Shown in pieces: positions 25,483 to 35,391 of a stretch of 64,000 bases of DNA (position 1 is the first letter of the stretch; the number at the start of each line of letters is the position of its first letter). Source of the DNA: an uncultured Brevinematales bacterium (lineage in GTDB: Bacteria > Spirochaetota > Brevinematia > Brevinematales > JAOACQ01); contig CAYMRH010000002.1 of assembly GCA_964392785.1 (NCBI GenBank), positions 797 through 64,796 on the forward strand. The letters are read 5' to 3'. The notes beneath the pieces were generated by a model. That model was not told the DNA's origin. It worked only from the letters and a program-made list of their open reading frames with translations, and did not search any database. The position numbers were made by a program, and so were the translations under genes.

Positions 25483-26106
25483 TCACGAACCCCTGTAGAT
25501 CCCATCCCTCAGCGCCCCAAGGATAAATTTCCATTCCTGAAGATAGGCCTTCTTCAGGTCTGAAACCGGCCTTTTTTTGGCAGATTCCGCCAGGAAATCG
25601 TTGCGGGTTTTGGCCAAAAGCCACCGGAGCAGGTCCAGCAGCTTTTCCCTTCCGTACCGCAGGCCTTCGGCCTGCACATCGCCGAACAAATCCAGAAAAT
25701 GCCTCAGGAATATTTTCCGGATTTTTCCGGACAGAGCCGGGTCCAGCGTCCAGCCCGATTTCGCGATGAGCCGGATTTCCGCCGGATGTCGGATATAAAA
25801 ATTGACCGCCACCGACGAAGCGAGCTGAAAACGGTCCAGGATGTCAGACGGCAGCGCCGGAGAAAGACGGGCCATTTCCTTTTTCAGGTAGCCGTACAGC
25901 CGCGCGTAGCAGTCGTCCAGTACATGGAGGAATATCTCCTCCTTGGACCGCATATACTCGTACAACCCGCCCTTCGAGATCCGCCCCCGCCGGATGATGC
26001 CGTCGGTGGAACCCTTCTCGAAACCGTGTTCCCCGAACTCCGCCACGCAGGCGTCCATGATCCTGCGCCTCTTGGAGTCGGGCAAATGACTGAAAGCCGG
26101 CTTCAC
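25483..26106 (-). CDS. TetR/AcrR-family transcriptional regulator
   Basis: N-terminal HTH (RRRIMDACVAEFGEHGFEKGSTDGIIRRGRISKGGLYEYMRSKEEIF). GTG start at 26106. Confidence 0.8.
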   Translation of the reverse strand: MKPAFSHLPDSKRRRIMDACVAEFGEHGFEKGSTDGIIRRGRISKGGLYEYMRSKEEIFLHVLDDCYARLYGYLKKEMARLSPALPSDILDRFQLASSVAVNFYIRHPAEIRLIAKSGWTLDPALSGKIRKIFLRHFLDLFGDVQAEGLRYGREKLLDLLRWLLAKTRNDFLAESAKKRPVSDLKKAYLQEWKFILGALRDGIYRGS

Positions 26107-26127
26107 CTGCCCCCCGGTACCGTTCAG

Positions 26128-26145
26128 ACCGACCGGTCAGTCGGT
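26128..26145. promoter_or_regulatory. candidate TetR operator palindrome
   Basis: ACCGAC-CGGTCA-GTCGGT inverted repeat, 22 nt upstream of the tetR GTG start. Confidence 0.3.
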
Positions 26146-26281
26146 TTTTCATTATAGAAAATTTTCAAAGACGCTGTCAACACTCTTTCTGGATATTTTT
26201 TGATAAAAAAACACCCGCCGTCCTGCCGGATGTCAACGGGAAACCGGCAAAACGGCGGGGTGAAACGGTCCGCCCCGATAC

Positions 26282-27742
26282 TCAGATGCCCTTGAAGGCC
26301 TTTACCAGAATCTTTTTATCGGGAGCTTTTGTCGCCAGGCTGACCAGGGGAATGACCCCGAACGGCACGATCATCGCGATGGACGACGCCAGCGGGGAAT
26401 TGGCGGGCCCCATGATGAAGAACAGGGCGATGGCCAGGGTGAACCCCGTCGCCATACCGGCCACGGCGCCGGCGGTCGTGGTCCGCTTCCAGTAGAGCCC
26501 GTACAGATAGGCGGCCATGAAAGTGCCGGCCACCACGCCCCAGGACAGGGACATGAGCGTGACAATGAACGAGATCTGGAACCGCGCGACCAGGTAGGAG
26601 ATGATCACGAACAGGCCGCTTAAAAAGCGCATCATCGTGAGCGACTTTTCCTTGGAGACCTTGGGATTGATGTGGCCCTTGTACATGTCGATCGCCACGG
26701 CGGAGGAGGACACCAGCACGAGCGAATCCAGAGTGGACATGGACGCGGACAGTACCAGAACCAGGATGAGCGCCAACAGGATCCCCGGAAGCTGCGTTGT
26801 CAGCAGGACCGGAATGATGTTGTCGAATGCGATCTTGCCGCCGGCCATGGGCAGCGATTCCGGCGAGAAGAACACGTGGGTCAGGGCCCCCGTGTAATAC
26901 GCCGTGAAAACGATGACCAAAGCGAACACGGTCGAAATCACGGCGCCGACGGGAATCTGTTTCTCGCTTTTGATGGCGTAGAATTTCTGGACCATCTGCG
27001 GCAGGCCCCACGTTCCGAAGGAAGTCATGAAAACCAGCGAGGCAATCGTAAGCCAGCCCGGCTGCCGGGCAACGGGAATATGCGCGTTGTAGTTCTGGAC
27101 CGCCGTCGTGACGGCCTGCACCAGGCCTCCCGCCTTGCCGGTCAGGATCACGACCATGAGGATGGAACCGAAAATCATCACGATGCCCTGGACAAAATCC
27201 GTGAGCGTAACGGCAAAATACCCTCCCAGGATCAGGTAAAAGCCCGTGATCCCCACCATCAGGATGAGCGCCACGTCGTACGGAATGTTGAACGCGGACT
27301 GGAACAGGTAGGACAGCCCCTTGAAGACGGACGCCGAATAGGGCAGAAGGAAGATGAAGATGACCGCCGCCGCGATCATTTTGAGGTTCTTCATCTGATA
27401 CCGTTCGGCAAAAAACTCCGGCATGGTCATGGTGTCCAGGTTCTGCGTCATGATGCGGGTCCGCCGCCCCAGGACCAGCCAGGACGCCAGCGCCCCGATC
27501 AGCGCGTTGCCCGCCGCGATCCACAGACCGTTCAGGCCGAACAGCCAGCCCTGACGGCCGGCAAAACCGATGAAGAGCACCGCCGAGAAATAGGAGGTCC
27601 CGTAAGCGAAAGCCGAGACCCAGGGACCGATGGACCGGTTACCGAGAAAGAAATCGCTCAGGGTGGACGTTTTCTTCATGCCCCAAACGCCGATGGCGGC
27701 CATGCCCGCCAGAAACACGACCAGGAAAATGATTCCCCACAT
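26282..27742 (-). CDS. sodium:solute symporter family (SSF) transporter, second copy
   Basis: 486 aa polytopic protein with an SSF-like N-terminus (GMKKTSTLSDFFLGNRSIGPW). Last gene of the GNAT-oxidoreductase-trpB string. Confidence 0.8.
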   Translation of the reverse strand: MWGIIFLVVFLAGMAAIGVWGMKKTSTLSDFFLGNRSIGPWVSAFAYGTSYFSAVLFIGFAGRQGWLFGLNGLWIAAGNALIGALASWLVLGRRTRIMTQNLDTMTMPEFFAERYQMKNLKMIAAAVIFIFLLPYSASVFKGLSYLFQSAFNIPYDVALILMVGITGFYLILGGYFAVTLTDFVQGIVMIFGSILMVVILTGKAGGLVQAVTTAVQNYNAHIPVARQPGWLTIASLVFMTSFGTWGLPQMVQKFYAIKSEKQIPVGAVISTVFALVIVFTAYYTGALTHVFFSPESLPMAGGKIAFDNIIPVLLTTQLPGILLALILVLVLSASMSTLDSLVLVSSSAVAIDMYKGHINPKVSKEKSLTMMRFLSGLFVIISYLVARFQISFIVTLMSLSWGVVAGTFMAAYLYGLYWKRTTTAGAVAGMATGFTLAIALFFIMGPANSPLASSIAMIVPFGVIPLVSLATKAPDKKILVKAFKGI

Positions 27743-27767
27743 AATCCTCTCCTATGCTGAAATTGCG

Positions 27768-28943
27768 TCAGACGGATCTGTTCCGGAACATTTCGTAGAT
27801 GGTCTGGACGTCCTTGTCCCCGCGGCCGGATACGTTCACGATGACGATCCCGCCGCGTTGGAAACGGTCTTTGTTGCGGATCACGTAGCCCACGGCGTGA
27901 CTGGACTCGAGCGCGGGAATGATGCCCTCTTTCCTCGAAAGGTACCGCAGGCCTTCGATCGCCTCGTCGTCGGTGACGTGGGCGGCCTCCAGACGGCCGG
28001 TGGCGTGCAGGTGCGCCACCTCCGGGCCCACTCCGGGGTAATCCAGCCCGGCCGAAATGGAATGAACGGGAGCGACCTGCCCGTAATCGTCCAGCAGCAC
28101 TTTGCTTTTGGTCCCGTGCAGAACCCCTTCGCGGCCGAACGAGAGCGTGGACGCGTGATCGCCGACACGGTCGCTTCGCCCCCCGGCCTCCACGCCGATC
28201 AATCTCACGGACGCGTCGGGAATGAATTCCGAGAACAAACCCATGGCGTTGGAACCGCCGCCCACGCAGGCCACGCAGGCGTCCGGCAGGCGGCCCTCCT
28301 TCTGCAGGATCTGCTGTTTCGCCTCGCGGCCGATCACCGACTGGAAATCCCGGACCAGCGTGGGATAAGGATGGGGGCCAGACACCGTACCGATCAGGTA
28401 ATAGGTGTTCTCCACGTTGGTCAGCCAGTCCCTGAACGCGGCGTTCATGGCGTCTTTCAGCGTGGCGCTGCCTTCCGTGACGGAATGGACTTTCGCGCCC
28501 ATGAGCTCCATCCGGAACACGTTCAGGGCCTGGCGTTTCACGTCCAGGGCGCCCATGTACACCTCGCACTCCAGGCCCATCATGGCCGCCACCGTGGCCG
28601 TGGCCACTCCGTGCTGGCCGGCACCGGTTTCGGCGATCACGCGTTTTTTGCCCATCCGTTTGGCCAGCAGGATCTGGCCGAGCGTGTTGTTGATTTTGTG
28701 GGAGCCGGTATGGTTCAGGTCCTCCCTTTTGAGGTACACCTGAAAACCCATGTCCGAGGAAAACGTTCTGGCCAGATAGAGCGGAGACGGCCGGCCGGCG
28801 TATTCCGTAAGGTAATATTCGAACTCTTTCCTGAATTCCGGGTCGTTCCGGGAGGATTCGTAATGTCGCTCCAGCTCCTCCAGGATCGGGACGAAGGATT
28901 CGGGAATGAACGCGCCCCCGAAGACGCCGAAATTCCTATCCAT
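27768..28943 (-). CDS. trpB: tryptophan synthase beta chain
   Basis: [24 protein letters not shown] (PLP Lys), [13 protein letters not shown] and GGGSNAMG are canonical TrpB motifs. Confidence 0.9.
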   Translation of the reverse strand: MDRNFGVFGGAFIPESFVPILEELERHYESSRNDPEFRKEFEYYLTEYAGRPSPLYLARTFSSDMGFQVYLKREDLNHTGSHKINNTLGQILLAKRMGKKRVIAETGAGQHGVATATVAAMMGLECEVYMGALDVKRQALNVFRMELMGAKVHSVTEGSATLKDAMNAAFRDWLTNVENTYYLIGTVSGPHPYPTLVRDFQSVIGREAKQQILQKEGRLPDACVACVGGGSNAMGLFSEFIPDASVRLIGVEAGGRSDRVGDHASTLSFGREGVLHGTKSKVLLDDYGQVAPVHSISAGLDYPGVGPEVAHLHATGRLEAAHVTDDEAIEGLRYLSRKEGIIPALESSHAVGYVIRNKDRFQRGGIVIVNVSGRGDKDVQTIYEMFRNRSV

Positions 28944-29907
28944 GGGATCTGCCGCCCGTCCGGTAGATCCGGTCCATGACCGCCTTGGCGATGCGCATGG
29001 CCTCCAGATCGTCCTCGGGTTTATGCGACGGGGCGCGTTCGTCCGTCACACACTGGATGAAATGGATCTGCTCCAGCCGGAGCGCGTTGTCCCGGTGCAC
29101 GAACACTTTTTCCACGAAACTGTCCTGGCGGTATTTCACCTCTTCCTTCATGACCAGATACTCCGACTGCGGCTGCCGGGTGATCGTGATCTCCTGGGTT
29201 TCGTAATTCAGACTGACAAACGCCCCTTCCTGGGAGATGGCCAGGGTCCGGGACTTGTTTTCGGAGACGCGGCTGGCCGTGACGGAGGCCACCACGCCGT
29301 TCTCAAAATAGAGGGAGGCGTTCGCCACGTCCTCGAAATCCGAATAGACCCGGCGGCCGTGCGCGGCGATGTCCGCCACTTTCGAACCCGCGATCGAGAG
29401 AACGATGTCGATATCGTGGATCATGAGGTCCAGCACCACGCCCACGTCGCGGATCCTGCTCCGGGGTCCCGTGCGCTGGGCCTGGATCAGGTAGGGATTC
29501 TTCACGATGTTTTTCAATTCCTGCACCGCCGCGTTGAAACGCTCGACGTGCCCCACCTGGAGAACGACGTTTTTGCGTTCGGCCAGTTCCACCAGTTTCT
29601 GGGCGTAGTAAAGCGTCTTGGTCATGGGCTTTTCGAGCAGCACGTGCTTGCCGGACTCCAGCGCCCGGGACGCGAAGCGGTAATGAAGGAACGTGGGCAC
29701 GGCCACGATCACCGCGTCCACGTGATTCAGGAATTTCCCGTAATCCGTGTATCCGCGGACGCCGTACTGGGCGGACAATCTGGTCACGACGGATTCGTCC
29801 GCGTCGCAGATGGCGGTGAAATCCGCCTGCGGGATGGTCGAAACGGTATTGATGTGGTAACGACCCATGTGACCGGCGCCGGCCACTCCGATGCGTAGCG
29901 ATGCCAT
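28936..29907 (-). CDS. Gfo/Idh/MocA-family NAD(P)-dependent oxidoreductase
   Basis: N-terminal Rossmann motif [15 protein letters not shown] and the EKP motif (LLEKPM). Overlaps the trpB start by 8 nt. Confidence 0.8.
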   Translation of the reverse strand: MASLRIGVAGAGHMGRYHINTVSTIPQADFTAICDADESVVTRLSAQYGVRGYTDYGKFLNHVDAVIVAVPTFLHYRFASRALESGKHVLLEKPMTKTLYYAQKLVELAERKNVVLQVGHVERFNAAVQELKNIVKNPYLIQAQRTGPRSRIRDVGVVLDLMIHDIDIVLSIAGSKVADIAAHGRRVYSDFEDVANASLYFENGVVASVTASRVSENKSRTLAISQEGAFVSLNYETQEITITRQPQSEYLVMKEEVKYRQDSFVEKVFVHRDNALRLEQIHFIQCVTDERAPSHKPEDDLEAMRIAKAVMDRIYRTGGRSHG

Positions 29908-29912
29908 GAAAA

Positions 29913-30197
29913 TCAGTCTCCGGCCAGGATGGATTTGTATTTCGGGTTGGATTTCATCACGGCGGCGGCAAAGGAGCAGGACGCGGAAACCCGCAGCCCG
30001 TTTCTCAGCGCGTAATCGGCGGCGGACTCCGCCAAGGCCTGTCCGATGCCTAGGCCCCTCAGTTCCCCGGGAACGTAAGTATGGAAGAACGTCATTCGTC
30101 CATCTCCCGACCAGTCGTACTCCAACAGGCTTTCCAGGCCGTTCACGACGCAGAAAAACTTGCGGAGGTCAGGGTCATGCCGGATGTCCAGGTTCAT
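29913..30197 (-). CDS. small GNAT-like N-acetyltransferase (YjdJ/Acetyltransf_CG type)
   Basis: 94 aa. FFHTYVPGELRGLGIGQALAESAADYALRNGLRVSASCSF...NPKY matches the single-domain GNAT-like family. Confidence 0.7.
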   Translation of the reverse strand: MNLDIRHDPDLRKFFCVVNGLESLLEYDWSGDGRMTFFHTYVPGELRGLGIGQALAESAADYALRNGLRVSASCSFAAAVMKSNPKYKSILAGD

Positions 30198-30319
30198 AGC
30201 TCTTTGCCGCTCTGATGAAATCCGTATGTGATTATTCTAATCCTTACCGCTGAAAATCACAAAATATTTGCCGACCAGCAGGGACCTAATCGTGAAATAA
30301 ATTGAGAACACGGTCTTTT

Positions 30320-31360
30320 TTAAAGCTTGAAGGATTTGATTCCTTCCCGCACAATCGCCAGGGTCTTCACCGCCGCCGCCCCCAGCGGCAAACGCGATAC
30401 GCGGGCTTGACCGGGATCAATCCATCGGCAACCGGCGGTTTGTGCGCGGAACGGACCCGTCAGTCTCCGCAGGACAATCCTTCGTGTCACTCGATGACGA
30501 GTCACGGTATAATTCAGCCGATCCGGCGTCAATCCCTTATCTGCAGCCGTTTTAACCCCGGCCGGCAACCGCCCCGGCAGGTCCCAAAGCCCCTGCCGCC
30601 AGCGTCCGGATGTTTTCACGAGAAGGACCCGGTCCTGGCGCATCACGGCATAAACGGTTTCCCTTACGGCAACCCATTTTTTTCTTTTTTCCCGTGGCCG
30701 GTAAGCCGCGTCTCCCTTCCGGAACGACCGGCAGACCGCCGACAGCGGACACTCCCGACAGAGCGGTTCCCGCGCGCGGCAAACGAGCGCGCCGATCTCC
30801 ATCAAGGCCTGGTTGAAGCGACTCGGCGGGATTTTTAACCGGACGGCTTCCTCCACCCATTGCCGGGCCGTGTTCCAGTACCGGTCCTTGTCCCGGGCGG
30901 ATCGGACGGCCGGCAGCCTCTCCGCGCGGGACAGCACCCGTTTCACGTTCGCGTCCAGGATCGGCTCCGGCTTCTCGAGCGCGATGGAGCACACCGCGCC
31001 CGCGGTGTATTCCCCCACCCCGGGCAATTTCAGCCAACCCGCCCGATCGCGGGGAAACCCTTCCCGGGCGATGATCCGCGCGGCCTTGCGCAGGTTTCGG
31101 GCCCTTGCGTAGTACCCCAAGCCGGCCCACTGGCGCAGGACATCCTGTTCGGAAGCCCGGGCCAGCGTCGACACATCGGGAAACCGTTCAAGAAATTTTT
31201 CGTAATACGGAATGACGGCCGTCACGGTGGTCTGCTGGAGCATGATTTCAGAAATCCAGACCCGGTAAAGCGTGGGCCGGCCGCGCCAGGGCAGCACGCG
31301 GGCGCGCGCGCAGAACCAGCGCGAAAGTTTCCGAAAAGCTTTCCGATACTCAGAAGTCAT
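30320..31360 (-). CDS. mutY: A/G-specific adenine DNA glycosylase
   Basis: VWISEIMLQQTTV, GLGYYARARNL, an HhH-GPD segment (LPGVGEYTAGAV), a 4Cys Fe-S loop (CRAREPLCRECPLSAVC) and a C-terminal NUDIX-like domain. Confidence 0.85.
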   Translation of the reverse strand: MTSEYRKAFRKLSRWFCARARVLPWRGRPTLYRVWISEIMLQQTTVTAVIPYYEKFLERFPDVSTLARASEQDVLRQWAGLGYYARARNLRKAARIIAREGFPRDRAGWLKLPGVGEYTAGAVCSIALEKPEPILDANVKRVLSRAERLPAVRSARDKDRYWNTARQWVEEAVRLKIPPSRFNQALMEIGALVCRAREPLCRECPLSAVCRSFRKGDAAYRPREKRKKWVAVRETVYAVMRQDRVLLVKTSGRWRQGLWDLPGRLPAGVKTAADKGLTPDRLNYTVTRHRVTRRIVLRRLTGPFRAQTAGCRWIDPGQARVSRLPLGAAAVKTLAIVREGIKSFKL

Positions 31361-31435
31361 GGGCCGTTCGTCTCCGGATGAACGGTTTCATTATACAGGA
31401 ACGCGGGTTTATGATACAATATCCGCGGAGGCGAC

Positions 31436-32155
31436 ATGATCCGCGCGGACACGATCATCATCTCGGACATCCACCTGGGCAGCGAAACCTCCCGCACGGA
31501 CGACCTGGACCGGTTTCTCAAATCGCTGAAATGCCGCACGCTGATCCTGAACGGTGATATTTTCGACGACCTGAATTTCAAACGCCTCCGCCGCACGCAC
31601 TGGAACATCCTGTCCGACCTGCGCTGGTGGTCCAAGCGCATCCGGGTGGTCTGGATCCGGGGCAACCACGACACCCTCTCCGCCGACACGCTCTCCCACC
31701 TGCTGGGGCTGGAAGTGCGCGCGGATTACGAGTGGCGCTCCGGCAAACGCGTTTTCTTCGCCGCGCACGGGGACCGATGGGACATTTACATCTACAAACA
31801 CCCGCGCCTGGCCGCCCTGCTCACACGCGTCCACCGGTTTCTGCAGAAATATTTTCCGCGCATTTCGGAGCGGATGGCCCGCCGCCTGAAAAAAAACAAC
31901 GTGTTCCTCAGCCGCAACAGCGCCGCCGTGGAATATTCCGCCTTCCGGCTGGCCCGCAAGCGGGGTTATTCGGCCGTCTTCTGCGGCCACACGCACATGC
32001 CCCTGCTGAAAAAAGACGGCCGGACCGTTTACGCCAACAGCGGGTCCTGGCAGGACGATGCCCCGCACTACATCGCCCTCTCCCGGAACGACGTGTCCCT
32101 GTGCCGGTACGGCGGCGGCAAAGCCCGCGTCGTGTCGCGGGTCGAACTGGGGTAA
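31436..32155 (+). CDS. calcineurin-like metallophosphoesterase, LpxH-like
   Basis: IIISDIHLG, LNGDIFD, IRGNHD and CGHTH are metallophosphoesterase motifs. The size (239 aa) and motif spacing resemble UDP-2,3-diacylglucosamine diphosphatase. Confidence 0.6.
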   Translation: MIRADTIIISDIHLGSETSRTDDLDRFLKSLKCRTLILNGDIFDDLNFKRLRRTHWNILSDLRWWSKRIRVVWIRGNHDTLSADTLSHLLGLEVRADYEWRSGKRVFFAAHGDRWDIYIYKHPRLAALLTRVHRFLQKYFPRISERMARRLKKNNVFLSRNSAAVEYSAFRLARKRGYSAVFCGHTHMPLLKKDGRTVYANSGSWQDDAPHYIALSRNDVSLCRYGGGKARVVSRVELG

Positions 32156-32158
32156 ATT

Positions 32159-32728
32159 ATGGATATCCTGTCCGTCATCCTGATCGCCGTAGGACTGTCC
32201 ATGGACGCGTTTGCCGTGGCCATCACGAGCGGTTTTGCCACCCGCGAGCTCAAGAACTGGCAGGCCGTGCGTATGGCGGTCTTCTTCGGCGGGTTCCAGT
32301 TCCTCATGCCCCTGGTCGGCTGGCTGGCCGGTCTCACCGTGCGGCGGTACATAATCCAGGTGGACCACTGGATCGCGTTCGGCCTTCTCTCGTTCATCGG
32401 CGGCAAGATGATCTGGGAATCTCTCCAAAAGGACTGTGACGATGACAAAAAGACCTGCCCCATGGACCTGACCAACCTGATCATATTGGCGGTCGCCACC
32501 AGCATCGACGCCCTGGCCGTGGGGCTCTCCCTGTCCTTCCTGAACGTGTCCATTTTCATTCCGGCCTTGATCATCGGGTGCGTTACGTTTGCCATTTCGC
32601 TGGCCGGAGTTTACATTGGTAAGAAGTTCGGTCATCTTTTTGAGAAGAAGATGGAGCTCATCGGCGGCCTGGTCCTGATCGGCATCGGCGTAAAAATCCT
32701 TCTGGAACATCTGCTCGTTCGTCCGTAA
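32159..32728 (+). CDS. mntP: manganese efflux pump MntP
   Basis: 189 aa, 6 TM, with duplicated SMDAF/SIDAL motifs (LSMDAFAVAI, TSIDALAVGL). Confidence 0.85.
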   Translation: MDILSVILIAVGLSMDAFAVAITSGFATRELKNWQAVRMAVFFGGFQFLMPLVGWLAGLTVRRYIIQVDHWIAFGLLSFIGGKMIWESLQKDCDDDKKTCPMDLTNLIILAVATSIDALAVGLSLSFLNVSIFIPALIIGCVTFAISLAGVYIGKKFGHLFEKKMELIGGLVLIGIGVKILLEHLLVRP

Positions 32729-32804
32729 ATCCCCGCCTTGTCCGTTTGCGCAATCCGGCTATCGATGATAAAATTTCCTTCCGACTTTTTCCCGGGAGAC
32801 GAAC

Positions 32805-34589
32805 ATGGACCCGAACATCCAGGCCCGAATCCAGGAATGGCTCACGCCCGATTACGACCAGGCGACCCGCGGTGAAATCCAGGCGCTCCTGGACCGGGGA
32901 AACGAAAAGGAAATAACCGACCGCTTCTACACCGAACTCGAGTTCGGGACGGCGGGCCTGCGGGGCACCCTGGGCGCCGGGACCAACCGTATGAACATTT
33001 ACGTGGTGCGTAAAGCCACCCAGGGTTTGGCCAACGCCATTATCCGCAAGGGCGCGCAGGACCGCGGCGTGCTGTTGGGCCGGGACTCCCGCATCATGTC
33101 AGACGAATTCGCGCGCGAGGCGGCGTCCGTATTGGTCGCCAACGGCATCCGGGTCTATTTCTTCCGGGACATCCACCCCGTCCCGGCCGTTTCGTTCGGT
33201 GTGCGGCACCTGCGGTGCGTGGCGGGCGTCATGATCACCGCGTCCCACAACCCGCGCGAGTACAACGGCTACAAGGTCCTGTGGGAGGACGGCGCGCAGA
33301 TTACGCCGCCCGTGGACGCCGAGATCATCGGCGAAGTGCGCCAGATCACGTCCCTGAAGCAGGTCAAGACCGTCCCGTTCGAGGACGCTTCCCGCAGCCC
33401 CCTGTTCGCTTTTGCGGACGACCTTGTGGACGGCGCCTACCTGGACCGGGTGAAGAACCTCTCCATCCACCCCGAAGCCATCCGGAAATCCGGCGTGACC
33501 ATCTGCTATTCCCCGCTCCACGGGACGGGTTATAAACTGGTGCCGGCCAGCCTGATGAATTTCGGATTCCAGAAAGTCCTGATCGTGGAGGAACAGGCCA
33601 AACCGGACGGAAATTTTCCGACCGCGGCCTACCCCAACCCGGAGGAACAGGACGCCATGGCCGTCGGGATGAAGTTCGCCCGCCAGCAGAATGCCGACGT
33701 GTTCTTCGCGACCGACCCGGACGCGGACCGTTTCGGGGCCATGCTGAAAAAGGACGACGGGGACTTCGTCCTTTTGAACGGCAACCAGATCGCCACGCTC
33801 TTCGCCTACTACATCAGTTCGGAACTCAGGGCCACCGGGAAAATGCCGTCAGACCCCCGGATGATCACGACCATCGTGACCACGGACCTGCTGCTGGATA
33901 TCGCCCGGTCTTTTGAAGTCCGCGCGGACCAGGTCCTGACCGGTTTCAAGTGGATCGGGCATAAAATGAACGAGTACGACCGGACGGGCGGCCATTTCGT
34001 TTTCGGCTGCGAGGAAAGCCACGGTTACCTGGCCGGCACTTTTGTGCGGGACAAGGACGCCGTGATCGGCGCGTCGCTTTTCGCCGAGCTGGTGGCCTTT
34101 TACAAGTCCTCCGGAACGTCGGCGTGGAACGTGTTGCAGGACATTTACCGGAGATACGGGTATTACCGGGAGTCCCAGAAATCCGTCACCATGAAAGGCC
34201 GGGACGGGGCTGCCGAGATCCAGGCGCTGATGGAAAAACTGAGAAACGAACCGCCCCAAAAAATCGGCGGTTACGACGTGCTCCAGAAGATCGACCTCAA
34301 GACCGGCGAGGTCTTCGACTTGAAGGACGGCAAACCGGCCGGCCAACCGGCGGGCAGCGCGGCGGGTCGCTGGGACCTGCCGCCGTCCAACGTCATTATC
34401 CTGAAACTGTCCGGCAACGCGAAGATCGTGGCCCGCCCGTCCGGCACGGAACCCAAGATCAAGTTCTACTTCACGACGTATGGAAAGATCGCGGGGAAGG
34501 AACCCCTGGACGGCCTGACCGCGCGCGTGGACCGCGAACACGAGGAACTAAAAACCGCCTTTCTCCGGGACACGGGCCTGCCTTCCTGA
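32805..34589 (+). CDS. phospho-sugar mutase (PgcA-type phosphoglucomutase/phosphomannomutase family)
   Basis: GTAGLRG, active-site TASHNPREYNGYKV, DPDADR metal loop, GCEESHGY and a C-terminal RPSGTEPKIK loop. Confidence 0.8.
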   Translation: MDPNIQARIQEWLTPDYDQATRGEIQALLDRGNEKEITDRFYTELEFGTAGLRGTLGAGTNRMNIYVVRKATQGLANAIIRKGAQDRGVLLGRDSRIMSDEFAREAASVLVANGIRVYFFRDIHPVPAVSFGVRHLRCVAGVMITASHNPREYNGYKVLWEDGAQITPPVDAEIIGEVRQITSLKQVKTVPFEDASRSPLFAFADDLVDGAYLDRVKNLSIHPEAIRKSGVTICYSPLHGTGYKLVPASLMNFGFQKVLIVEEQAKPDGNFPTAAYPNPEEQDAMAVGMKFARQQNADVFFATDPDADRFGAMLKKDDGDFVLLNGNQIATLFAYYISSELRATGKMPSDPRMITTIVTTDLLLDIARSFEVRADQVLTGFKWIGHKMNEYDRTGGHFVFGCEESHGYLAGTFVRDKDAVIGASLFAELVAFYKSSGTSAWNVLQDIYRRYGYYRESQKSVTMKGRDGAAEIQALMEKLRNEPPQKIGGYDVLQKIDLKTGEVFDLKDGKPAGQPAGSAAGRWDLPPSNVIILKLSGNAKIVARPSGTEPKIKFYFTTYGKIAGKEPLDGLTARVDREHEELKTAFLRDTGLPS

Positions 34590-34601
34590 AAACGGAAGCC
34601 C

Positions 34602-35390
34602 TCAGAATTTACGGCCTCGTTCCGATTCCGCGATCACCCCGTCGATGAATTCCCGCATCCGATCGTAGTGGGAACCTTTCCAGAACACCTTCCGGCAGGA
34701 CGCGCACCGCGTGAATTCCGTAAAATCCGCTTTCACCTTCTGCGGCACTCCGTCTGCCACTTCAGCCGCCGGAACGGGCAGGATTTCCCCGTTGCAGTCC
34801 AGACAGCGCGTGAAGGGCTTGACGCTCTCTGACAGGTCAAAACGGCGGATCACCTCCACAAGCTGATGCCGGACGTTTTGGGACCGAACCCAGGTCCCGT
34901 GCGTGACCCGGCTGTTTTTCAGGAGCTGAACGTTCCGCGTGAGGATGATGCGCCGTTCGTCCGCCGAAATCCGGACCAGTTCCGGGTCGTTAGCCTGTTC
35001 CAGGATGAGCGCGTCAAACCCCAGAAGCCGCAGATGACCGCAGAGTTTCCCGAGGTGAACGTCCAGGACGAATTTGGGCGTGCGCAGCGGCGTCGGGCGC
35101 AGGCGGATCACGGTGGAAATATCCAGCGCCTCGAACACGGGATAGACGGAGATCCGGTCGCCGTCCGAAAGGCCGTGGGAAAAATCCACGGACACGCCGT
35201 TCGCCAGAATCAGGTCCACTTCCGTGTGGGGCACGCCCATCGCCTCGATGGAATCCTTAACGGACGGTTTGCCGCTGAAGGAATAGGGAACACCCGCCCC
35301 CTGCGCGGCCCTGCTCCCCGCCCTCTTCTCCGGGGGCAGGAAATCGTTCAGTTCGGCGTAGAAACGGAAAAATGCTGTGTGTTTCGGCAT
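34602..35390 (-). CDS. Mut7-C ubiquitin-like plus Mut7-C RNase (PIN-like) domain protein
   Basis: N-terminal FRFYAELNDFL ... beta-grasp, then KFVLDVHLGKL..LRLLGFD and a C-terminal zinc ribbon (CLDCNG ... CASCRKVFWKGSHY). Confidence 0.65.
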   Translation of the reverse strand: MPKHTAFFRFYAELNDFLPPEKRAGSRAAQGAGVPYSFSGKPSVKDSIEAMGVPHTEVDLILANGVSVDFSHGLSDGDRISVYPVFEALDISTVIRLRPTPLRTPKFVLDVHLGKLCGHLRLLGFDALILEQANDPELVRISADERRIILTRNVQLLKNSRVTHGTWVRSQNVRHQLVEVIRRFDLSESVKPFTRCLDCNGEILPVPAAEVADGVPQKVKADFTEFTRCASCRKVFWKGSHYDRMREFIDGVIAESERGRKF

Positions 35391-35391
35391 G

